Shown: positions 51,174 through 62,103 of the stretch, one piece after another
Numbering within the stretch: the stretch's first letter is position 1
How the letters are laid out: each line of letters starts with the position of its first letter
Assembly: GCA_003971905.1 (NCBI GenBank)
Contig: RSEE01000027.1
Span: 310,001 to 374,000 of the forward strand
Reading direction: 5' to 3'
DNA from: Moniliella sp. 'wahieum'
Lineage: Eukaryota
Length of the DNA: 64,000 bases
The notes under the pieces: model-generated
Told to the model about the DNA's origin: nothing
Database searches by the model: none
The model's input: the letters and a program-made list of their open reading frames with translations, nothing else
Made by a program: the position numbers and the translations under genes

Positions 51174-51947
51174 TCACTTCCTCCTCCGGGTAGGGACAGT
51201 GGTGAACCCATCGTCGTCCACTTCCGGTTCCGCCTTGGCGTGCGAAAGCGGGGGATCAATGTCCATCTGGTCCTCGTGGGAGTGAGCGTGGGCATGGTGG
51301 GAATCTTCATCGCTGTCGTCCCCCTCCGAATCGTCTGAACCGTCGTCTTCCCTCTGAACAGAGACGAACGACTTGCTTCCCTTGACTTGGTCGCGCACGC
51401 GCTTGAGCGCCTCGACGGTCTCCTGCGCTTGTTGAAGCGGCAGCGCACCAGCCACAGGCGGCAAGAACACTTGTTTCCACAACGCAATCATCCGCCGTGC
51501 CACGTTCAACGTCGACTCGTCCTCCACCGACGCACCATACTCCGCGGCAAGGTATCCATCGAGAATGTCCCACACCTCATCTTCGTCCGGTGCCTGAACG
51601 TTCGACTGCACATCGCCGGCGTGTGCCCCCGCCGCCTCGGCGACGGCGGAAAAGTCATCAAAGTAGTCCACCACTGCATTCAGCAAATAATCCGCCTTGT
51701 TGGCTCTCGGGACCCCCCCACTCTTCTTTTACGGCAGCTTGGAGGACTGCCCAGGTGTCAAAGGTGTAGATCACACCGCGGGCAAAGAGGGTGCGGGCCT
51801 CGGAGGGTTCAGCCTCCACCACAGCGGCCGGAGGCGGGGAGGCGCGGAAGTGGTGGTGCTGGTGGTGCTGGTGGGGAGAGGAACAGGGCGGGGCGCTGGA
51901 TTGGCAGCATTGCGCGCAGCAAGAGCGGCGAACGACATGCCTGACAT
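51174..51947 (-). CDS. TSR2: Pre-rRNA-processing protein Tsr2
   Basis: FDTWAVLQAAVKEEWGGPES (WGG motif), DILDGYLAAEYGASVEDES and an acidic tail ending VDDDGFTTVPTRRRK. Start at 51947 or 51938. Confidence 0.9.
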
Positions 51948-54359
51948 GGTACGATACGGGAACTTGGTCGGGGGCCAGGCAAAAGAAGCGGTGGTGGAGA
52001 GGTTGGGTAGAGCCTCGTTTGCTGGGAACCTTTGGATGTGGATTTGCAGAAAATTATTGGCTGAAGCTTCGGCGGGGGACGTTGAACAGGAGGGACATTG
52101 CACCGATGCAATTGCAATCTTGCAACTACACCCCAGTGGAACGGGTCAGGGGATTTTGGCCCTGCACATGCACGTGACTGGCTGCTAGGGAGCAGGGCGC
52201 TTCTAGCATCGATATTGATGGGGGGGCGGCCAGTCCCCCCACCGCTGGTCCAGCCCCCTCTGTTCCGTGAACCATTCAGCTTCTGTCCTACTCACCGCCG
52301 TGTCCTACTCCCCGCCTCCCGGCTAGCACCGCGTCACGCGCCATCCCCAAATTGCATCGCCACCACTTCGTCCCTGTCTTCCACAGACTTCCCAGGCGAG
52401 CTCTATGAAATCCTCTGCACCACCAATGGGAATCTCCGATAAACCCGTCTCTTCTCAGCGTCAAATGTCTCCGCAAACGTCCGGAAGAAAACCACCCGCA
52501 GCGGACACTTCCCCCGCAATGTTTGTCTCAAGGGCGGTATGCTAGTCATTCTTATTTGGTGCCGTGCCAGAAGCTTGATCACCGGCACCCATCTCAACAG
52601 GATCGACAACCTCGGACGCTCTGACACATTCACCCCACACAGGGTGTTCACAGGGAATACCAAGAGCCCCCTTGGGAGCATCTCCTGCATTCCCCTTAAA
52701 CACAGGGCGAAGGAACCTCAACGAACGGTTCTGCTTCCCCTGGAGCGGGCAATACAGAAGGGCAGGGCCCAATCGTTCCCGCGCTTTTGGAATAAGTGCC
52801 GTTGACCTACGGCACAAAGAAAAAACTTAAACGAGCCAGTGTTCATCAGCCTCCGTTCCATCCTCCAACTACCCGCGTCTAGCTCATCGTTGCTCTCCCC
52901 CGCGTCTCCTGTCACTTCTATTGTGCTTGCGGACTTTGCGGGGGAAAGTGGTTGATCATGATGTCATTAACGAGGTGAACAGCGCTTGCGAGCAACAATA
53001 GAACATGACATCTCCCGTCTAGCTGATATGGAATGTGTCTCGACGTTTTGGTGGACCTATGGAGCTCATTGTGAGGACGCTGTGGAACCGGCCTTGCACC
53101 ACCTGACAGAGGTTTGAGTCAGCTCCAAACCTCACGAGTCACGACAGCTACTTGCCGACCACACTTCCCCCCTCAGGCCTCGCCTCACAGACCTCACCAA
53201 CATCCTCAACGCCTCTCACATGTCATTTTGAATCTCAACGTCCACCTTGAACTCTCAGCCCGACTGTCAGTCAGCTCTGAGCTCTCAGCAGTGCCTACGG
53301 TGGGAATTGCCAATGATATTGAGACTTGAGGCTATACTCCGTACTCGCATGGTACTGAGTACTCGCACCGCCCTTCCAGCTATTACTCTGTCTGCTCTGT
53401 CGTGATACCCCTCCGTTATTATTCCAGTCTAGATCGAAATCCCTTACCATTTGCTAACAATTTGCTACGAAGGTAGAAATCCATTTCACACCAATAATCC
53501 GCATCCAAAAGCACCTCTTTTTCGCAAGACCAGTCATAGTCAAGCCTCAAGGCAAGGCCTGCGGCCTAAAACGTAAAAGGCCACGTGCATGACATGCATG
53601 ACCAGTAACATGGTACACTCTCCTATATGCTACAACCCGTCGGCCCCGCGTCTCTCCGCGCGCCACCGGTGCATAGTTGATTCTCCGCTGGGTGCCACTG
53701 CTGGAGAGCGTCGCTTCGGACATTTCGGTCATATGAGGACGGTTGAAATATGACATCGAGATGGTACAATTGGAGTATTCAAATTTGATTGGGCAAGAAT
53801 AGATGGATGGCTGATGGCGCTGATGCGCTGATGACGCGATGACGGCAGGTGAGGTGGGGCGAAACGATGCCAGCTTTCCAGATGCACACGTGGAAACAAC
53901 GATTGACGAAGCCGCTGGCTTGAAGCTTCAAGCTTCAAGCTTCAAGAGCGGAGGATCTCAAACTCTCGCGCTCCGTAGCCTCAGGCTGCACTCCGCTCAG
54001 GCTGAGCCTCATCCGGCCCCCAGTCCCTCTCCCACCCAGCCCGTTTCCACAGCCCCCTTGTCACAAAACCTGCCTTGCTCAGTCTCCCGCTGGCACCGTT
54101 TCGGACATTTTCGAGCATGTCGCTGTTGAACGTTGAACGTTAAATACGTTGAATCTGGAAGCGGAAGCTTTAAGCTTGCAGCGGTTTCAGGACGACATCA
54201 ACACAGCGGATTCCACGCTTACAAACACCTATTTTAGCCAACTCGCGCCACCCCCCCTTCTGCCCATTGCGTTTCCTCCTTGTACCCACCACCACCTACC
54301 ACACCTCATTCGCCCCTCCCGTGTTCCCTCAGCAGCACATCCAACCACCAACGCCCGCC

Positions 54360-55244
54360 ATGACTGCTACTGAGATTGAAGTTGATGCCGTCCTTTTTGA
54401 CATGGACGGCACCCTGATCGACAGCACGCCCGCTGTGAACCAGTACGTTGTCCTGTGCCTTCCTCCATCCACTGGGATGAGAGTGTGGGCGTGGAATGGA
54501 TATCGATGAGGAACGTGCAGTGCTTATGGATACTAATATGTGCTCTGCTCCTTGCTAGGACGTGGGCCGAGTGGATCAAGCGGTACAACCTCGACTTTGA
54601 CTACGTGATGAGTCGTTGCCATGGCTGCCGTACAGTGGAGAACCTCAAGAACCTCGTCGGTCTTCCCGATGACCAGCTCGAAGCCGGCGCGCAGGAATTC
54701 GAAGGGCGCATCAGCCAGCTGGCGTTGGAAGCAGCCGAGACCAACGGGCCGGGCCAAATCGTTGCTCTGCCCGGAGTGGCCCGCTACTTTCGCAGCTCAA
54801 CCAAGGCCGCGACCAACCGGGCCGCCGGGTTGGCTGGGCGATCGTCACCTCTGCCACCAAGGCCTATGCCTTTGTCGGCTTCAAGGCCTCCCGCGCTACC
54901 GACCCGGCACGCCACCAGGCGCCTTTGTCACGGCCGATGTGGTGAGCAAGGGCAAGCCGGACCCGGAACCGTACCTGACCGGGGCCAAGCTGCTCACTCC
55001 TCCCCCCGCCGACCCCAAGCGCTGCTTGGTAGTGGAAGATGCGCCGCCAGGCATCCGCGCCGGTGTCGCGGCGGGCGCCAAGACACTGGGCCTGACCACC
55101 ACCCATGCCGAGAAGCTGATGTGGGAAGCTGGCGCCAACTGGGTCGTGCCCGACTTGTCCGGCGTGACGGCGCGTTGGGAAGGCGAAGGCGCAGATGCGC
55201 GCCTCTTTATCCGCATTGAGGGCTCTGCTGAGCCCAAGGCTTGA
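54360..55244 (+). CDS. HAD-superfamily sugar/glycerol phosphatase (Gpp/Dog/YfbT-like)
   Basis: LFDMDGTLIDSTPAV, HGCRTVE, WAIVTSAT, FVTADVVSKGKPDPEPYL and VVEDAPPGIRAG. Intron at about 54443-54558. Confidence 0.93.
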
Positions 55245-55680
55245 TTCTCCATGGATTGGTCACAAGAAGACCACCAAAACTCAATTGGTTGCCCCAGTCA
55301 AGGAATCCATCGCGCCATCTTTCGTCTACCAATGCTATTTTTGACTTGCTGCTCTACGTGTGCCGTCTTTCATCGGGACAAGCGTGATACCATTTAGATC
55401 AGGCGGCATGATACTTATTGCATCGCAGAGAGATCTACACAGTGTTCCCTCTGCGTCTTTGGCATAGGCCTTGAGCTGATTCAGCAATGAGTAATGATGC
55501 GAAGCGGGGTGAGTCATACCGGGTAGGGGGAACAGCCAGATTGATGTCAGTGGTACAAAAGTAAAGTAGGTCGGTTTCCGGTCGGGATTTGGAGGCAGTT
55601 GGCATCCACGACTGCATGGCATCGGGAGAAGAGAGGCTAGGGAGAACTTGGAAGTAGTTTCAGCAAAATGCAGCAAAAAA

Positions 55681-55780
55681 GGGGTCCGCCCGGGATCGAA
55701 CCGAGGACCACCTCTACGAGTTGACAATCAACAACGATTGAAGACCCTAAAGAGGCATGATACCACTACACCACGAACCC
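55681..55780 (-). tRNA. tRNA-Pro(AGG) with a 28-nt intron
   Basis: Minus strand: GGGTTCG TG GTG TAGTGGTAT CAT G CCTCT TT-AGG-G [intron] T AGAGG TGGTC CTCGG TTCGATC CCGGG CGGACCC C, then TTTTTT. Confidence 0.95.
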
Positions 55781-56832
55781 ACATTGAAAAAGCACGACAT
55801 GTGTAATTCTCAATCCACCCATACCCTTCATTGTGCCAACAGCATAATAGTAGGACCAAACCGTCGCCCAGCACTTCTGCAGCGTTGAATTCAACTCCCA
55901 TCTGTCATTGCCATCAGATAAAGTAAAAAGGTGGGATCTGTGGAATGATTCCGCGGTACTTGGCCTTCTTAGTCCTTCTATATCCACCTCCTCGAGCTAC
56001 TGAGGCACAGTTCCTTCTCCTTCTGTGTTCCAGAGGCTGTACGTTGCCAGTTTTCATGTGCCGCCTTCTGGAGGGTATGGCTACCTTCCGTTCTGTCCCG
56101 GACGTTCATAGGTCTCTTGAATTCTCGAGAGAATCGTGGTGATAAAAGAGTCGTTTTGTCCCCAATATAGGTGCAGTAGGGCTCATCGCAGATCTAAAGT
56201 GTGTTGCCAACTGTGTAGTCGTCCTTGATCCGTACCATACAAGTATACCATACCCTTTCTGCTACCATACTCGGTGGATCGCCCGAGACCTGTCGAATGG
56301 CAGGGGACAGAGATGAACCTGGCCTGTCCGTGACACCATCTTGGCTTCTCGATTGGGTTGGCACGAACTGGCAGCACACAGGGGGGAGATGGCAAGCGAG
56401 CCGGGTAGGCCTAGCGTTTCTTGGTCTCTATGCCAGTCGCATATTTCGCCAACTCTACTAAGGATGTAAACGTTGGGTAGATAGCTCCCAATGCTTCCTT
56501 TGAAAAAGGCTTCAGAAAATTTCGCTTCATCGAGCTCCATCTCTCGCCTCATCTTTCGAAATATCTCCAGTAGTATCATTAATCAATTCTCCTATCGATC
56601 TCATCCCTACTTCCTCCCCCCTACCGGCTACCCCCCCCCTTTAATTTCTGTCATGAGCGCCTCCCTCTCCACTGGGGCTTTTTCTTCTCATCGATCATTA
56701 CTCATTCCCACCCACTCCCTTGCCAATGTGCTTTCCCTCCTCGTTTCAGATGGGCTGGTAAGTTGGTGGGGTGGCAGATGGTGGGGGGGATACCCCTGTA
56801 ATTTATTCGTCGTGCCTGGGCCATGTGCAATC

Positions 56833-56888
56833 TGAAGCTTGAAGCGTGAAGTGTGAAGTGTGAAGCGTGAAGCGTGAAAGGTGAAGCT
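56833..56888. repeat. Eight-copy degenerate heptamer array (TGAAGNN)
   Basis: tgaagct tgaagcg tgaagtg tgaagtg tgaagcg tgaagcg tgaaagg tgaagct. Confidence 0.95.
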
Positions 56889-58334
56889 CGCGTGAAGCTT
56901 TAAAGGTAGCACATGTGTTTGTACGCCTCTGACACGATGCATGACATCCTGCATCACCCGTCGTGCAGATCGCGAGTGGCTTCCTGGAGGCTGTTACCAG
57001 GGGGCGTGTTGCGCGGGAATAGGGCGTGGGGGTGAAGCTTGAAGGGTTGAACGTAACGTTGACATTATGGCGACAGGGGGGTGCACATGTCTGACCGGCG
57101 CGGCCCCAGACAGACTCAGTTCTGAGCGCAGGTCGGCGAGCTCAGCCGGAACGGTGAGGCTCAGCGGAGGTGGCCAGGTCCCAGACCAACGTCCAACTCG
57201 CCTCGGGCAGGGGGGAGGCGTGAGCGCGTGAGCCTCCCAACCCACAGACGGCGGGCGGGGGGTTCTACCCTGGGTACCCCTGTCGGGGGATCATATATCC
57301 CCTTGGTCCGTGTCGGGCTGCCTGTCGAACCGGCGGGGCTACTAATCGATCAAGCTTCACTTATTACCTGTCGCTTTCCTGCCTGCCCTCGGCAGGCATG
57401 CCTGGCCGCAAAAGCTAAACGAAGCGTACCCGATTACTAGTGCCAGCGTAGAATCCCTCGCTCCCCGCTTGCACCGGTGCCGCAGGTCCAAAGCGAAGCC
57501 TCGTGGTCTCTCGCACGCGCCACTGTCTGATTCATGATCGTTTCCCGTTTCCCTTGTTTCCCGTTCACCGCCTATCGCGTAGCCCAGATTTGGAGAGCGC
57601 ATCTCGTCGGTCAGTCCTACATACAAACAATTAAGCCTTCGATCCACGCTTGGGTGTGTGGCCACTACCGTAGTCTCAAGTCACTAGTTACTACTCGCTC
57701 GTCATTCTCACACGACATAGGGGGACGAACCAAGGGACATGAAGCATGAATATTGAATGTTAATGAACAGGTATCAGATCTCAGAGCCCCATGCAGCCCC
57801 GCCCCGCGGCGCGAGGAGGACCAAGCTTCAAGCTCCAAGGCGGATGGTCGAGCAACCCTGAGAGAGGGGCCGGGAAAAAGACAAAGTGGTAGAGCTGGGG
57901 GAAGGGGGAGGGGAAGTACAACAATGTTTTCGGCGATCGCAACAAGGGACTGAGAGCCCGGATTGAAGCGAGGTTGTCAGTCCCAGGGCTGAGGCCTGGG
58001 GCCTGAGGGCCGGGGGGATGCGATGTCCAGCTGGCAGGTTGACCAAGCAGGGGCCCACACGAGCGCTGGCCGAAGCGGCCGTGGAAGAGGAAGAGGAAAA
58101 GAGGCAAAAAGGATCCGTGTCCCCTGCCTGGCTGGCGGGGACCGGTTTCATGGCTTCTGGGGTCCAACAGTTGCCCTAACGAGAGACACTCCATGTGTCG
58201 AACAAGGAAAGGAAGGCCAAGGATGAGCGATTGCAGACCGAGAGATGGAGCGTATGGAATGAAGGAGGAAAGGAAAGGGAACGAAAGGATGGAAAACAGT
58301 AGGGGTGACGAGGAAAGGGGCAGGCAAACATCGA

Positions 58335-59632
58335 TCAGGGAAGGTGTTGATGCACATCCTGTACACCAAAGGGAGGAGGCCAAGGAGCAAGTTGCTGAGC
58401 ATGTGGCTCCACCGCCTCGTCCATCGTGCCGTTAAACCCAGCTGTACTGATCGCAACCCGTGCCTCTTCGGCCTTGACCCGCACCCCTTCTCGAACAAAG
58501 GCGTCCAAGCCATCCGAGATGCCCAAGCGGCGCAGACGCTCGCTCTCGAGCGCCACGTGCGGATCGTCCTCTGGGTACAGGGAAAAGGGTGACAAATCCG
58601 TCCCGTGGCGTATCTGGATCAATGAGGATGGCCAAGCTGGCGGATTCCGGGTGGGGCAGGCGTTCGCCCAGCGACATGATGGATTGGATCATGTGCTGGC
58701 GTAGCGTTGGAGGCCAGCCACCGGCCACAGAGGCACTGTCCACGGTACCTGCCACAGGCAGGCGCGAGCACGCTTGGATGTACACAAACGTCTTCTCCTC
58801 CAAGCCATCTTCCGGTTGATCTTGCTCCAGCTGGGCGCGCACGTCAGCCAAGTCGGATTCGGCCAGACCCGTGACGTTAAACACGGGCACAGCGAGCGAA
58901 AAGAGCATATCCTCATTCGCCGGCGCATTGGCGCACCAACTCGCCTCGTCTTGAGTCTGGTTGGTCTGGACGAAGAGGGCATCGAGGGTATGAAGGCGAC
59001 GCTGGTGCCTATAGAGCGGCCCAGTGTTGATGGGTTCGTCGTCACTGGACAACTCTGTGATGCAAAAGAGGGTGAGTAACGTGCGCAAAAGGGTGGTTCG
59101 AGAGGGTTTAGGGGTTTCGGGGTTTCGGTGGGGGGGGGGGAGGGTTCTTACCCGCTTCGCTTTCTTCGTCTGCATCCAAGTCGGCGAGCCAACGACAATA
59201 CGCCGGCGGATCAAGCCATCTTTATCGGGGACAAAGATGGATTGACCTAGAAGAGCGCGGACATCCTGATCGGGGGGGGCGGGAAGGTGGCGAATGGACC
59301 CATTGTCGAGGCGATAGGGTCGCTGGGCAGAGGTGGAGGCCAAGAGAGATGCGGGGGAGGGCAGCCAATCGTCGTCGTCGTCGTCGTCTTCCTCGTCTTC
59401 CTCGCCTTCGCTCCAGAGAGTATCGAGGGGCACGTCATCGAGCACGGCGCTGTCGAGGGTGTGGTCGGAGGAGCTGGCGTGAGCATGGAGGCTGGCGCCG
59501 ACACACGCGCGTGAGCAGGCCAATGGGAAGTCTAGTGGCAGGGTAAGCAGCCGAGCACAGCATGAGGACGATGAGAGTAGGTGGCTGAGAGTGAGCGCTG
59601 GGCGGGAGGAGGAGGAGATACGCACCAGACAT
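58335..59632 (-). CDS. Hypothetical acidic protein with two introns
   Basis: A 7-nt first exon ATGTCTG and intron 59625-59532 (GTGCGT...TAG) give MSDFPLACS... A second intron 59151-59055 (GTAAGA...CTCAC...CAG) joins DADEESEA|ELSSDDEP. Long ORF 58432-59625 plus tail 58335-58622. Confidence 0.7.
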
Positions 59633-62103
59633 GATAGGGGTTAGGAGGCGGATACGGAGGGACGGATGGGGACGGGGACAAGGATGTTGCGACGGGGGGC
59701 GGGCTGGGAGGGCCGGACAAGCAGTCAGCACCCACCACACAGGCGGCACCAGGTGGAGGCGGGGAGGGCCGGTGGGGGTGGGGGGGAGGGAGGGCAGGCC
59801 AGCGAGAAGAAGAAGGAGGGGCGGCCAGGAACAGGTGTTGGTTGGTACGTGGCGGGGGTGCTGGTTATCGGAGGCGGCGTGAGGAGGAAGCGGCAGAGGC
59901 GAGGAGGCGCGGCACAGCGCTGCTGCTGGCTTCGGGGATGCGCTGGGAGGCGGGGTATGTATGGCTGACTCTGGGGCACGCAGCGGACATACTCGCTCTG
60001 CCATCGATGATCGCCGCTGCCTGGCGTCTCGAGAGGACGCGTGTGACTGGGACGAGTGACTAGCGTGTGATGCATGCTGGGGCGTGTGCCCTGCCGTGCC
60101 ACGGGCAAGGCGGTCGGTGCAACTGCCCCTATTGTCCGGGGATGGGTGAGAGGCGATGCATGAGGTGCATGGCTCCAGTGGCTGGGGGGCGCGGGGGCAT
60201 TTGCATTAGCCGCGCAGCAGATACCAGAGTGGCATCGCGTCCGAGTGGTGCGGAGCAGATTGCATGGCCGAAGCAGGGCTGATGCAATGCGGAGGCGCCT
60301 GCTGATACGGATGCCCATCGCAACCCACAGGGTACCCGCCGCACAGAAGCGCTTCGGTGCGCAGCAACTAGGCTAGCAGCCGCTCCTGTCCCAGCACCCC
60401 CTCGCATATGTCCACACGTGCCACACATCCCTGTCTTCGCCAACCAGCATCGCAACGGCCGACAGGGGGGGCGTGGGTGCCCAGCATGCTGCCTCCCAAC
60501 AGCACATCCGGCATCCCTGCGCACCATCTCGTTAGTACGCACTCACGCAGCCCTACGGGAGGAAGAAAACAGGAGGAAAAGGGGCATGCGCCACTGCACT
60601 GTCCCAGTGCCACTCCAACACCCCGCTCATGCGCTCATGGCGCTGACGCACTGATGCATGATGCCAGCCGCACCGGTGCGCGCACGTGATGAGGAACGAA
60701 TGACTCGTACACGCAGCCGCAGAACTGAGACGCAGTGTTATACTTTTCAGTGGAAGAGCTTAAAGCTTCCGGCCATGCCCACGTTTGCTTGCCGATGGCT
60801 GGGATGAAGGTACGGCCATGGCAAAAAAGGAAGCACCTAGAATGGGTCAGAGTCCAGTCCAGACCTGACTTTCTTTTGGATCCGCCGGCGTAGCACATCA
60901 ACCCGGTCTACCAGAGCCACCCCCCCCGCAGCACACCCGTCGCAGAATTATACAGGAAGGCGGATTTGAACTTCGTGACCGGGGCGCGTCGATAGAAGGT
61001 GGACCACAAGCTGGTTATACGTCCTGTGTTGACCACCAGTGGTCTAGAGCCCATCGGCCTTCAGTGACACGTGGCCCGATGCACACAGTGCACCGGGGCA
61101 GTGAGTTCCGGACCTTCCACGGGTTTCCACTGGCCTCCAGGCCAGGAGCCTATCAAGGCCCATAGCTCTAGCTCTCCTTAGCTCTTGAATGCCATCTCCA
61201 TCCACCATCGCCAGCATCGCTAGCTTGGCCTGTGACATCCTGACGGGTTGATGAGCGCTGGGAACGGAGAATCGCGATGCAGTCCTGCGGACTGCTGTTA
61301 TCATGGAGGGTGTGCGTTTGTCCCAGCATGCGGGTCATTCCTTACGCAGGAGATGGAGAGGGGGAAGGATGAGGATCATATTCATCGAGTGGAAAGGAAG
61401 CGAAGTATATGGTACGAGGAGGCCCCGGGCCTACGGCCCGGTCAGCTGGGGCTTCGCCCCAGCTGCCGTTCCCCCTTCGCCACCACCGTATTAGCCACCG
61501 TTCCACCGTCGCCAACACCAACATAGAAATAATATAACTTAGGGATTCGTTCTGGCTGCAGGGGGCGTGGAAGGTGGCACGAGGCAGCTGATGTAAAAAG
61601 TGCACAGGGCGATTGGAGGAATAATATAACTTAGGATGACTCGGAGAAGAAGAGAACATGCGAGCTCAAGTCACATGGAGGGAAAGAGGGAGCACAATCC
61701 AATGGGGGGAAACAGGATCTAGAACAAATCAAGGCGGCCAGACAAAACTTGGTGACAAGAAAGAACGTGATCAAGTGAGTCTGATCCCGACACCTGGAGG
61801 GTATATACGTGCTTCGTCCGACGCGGAAGGTGTTTGCTCATAAACAGGTGATGGATGCAGTTTACCAAACCTTCATCGCAGCTATGGCACTCCGTCAAAC
61901 GCCAACGTCAGGATCGAACAGCTACCATTCACCATCATATAGGAAACTTTGCCCCCTCATTCTTCATTCACAAGGGGGGGAAGCGGGGGGGGGCATATAC
62001 ACAAAAAGGGCGATTGAAAAGCGATAGCGTACTACCCTCATAAGGGGATAGAAAACACTATTAGGGAACCCCAACAGACTTCATACGGCAGAGTCTGTTG
62101 AAT

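Noticed and set aside
9481..55244. Calling the frameshifted genes pseudogenes
   Set aside because: Catalytic motifs are intact, lesions are nearly all 1-nt losses, and essential genes are hit as often as dispensable ones. This pattern fits sequencing error.
59700..59745. Possible ornithine decarboxylase antizyme +1 frameshift site (TGG GTG CTG AC on the minus strand)
   Set aside because: There is no antizyme ORF1 or C-terminal antizyme motifs, and the downstream gene has its own ATG and intron structure.
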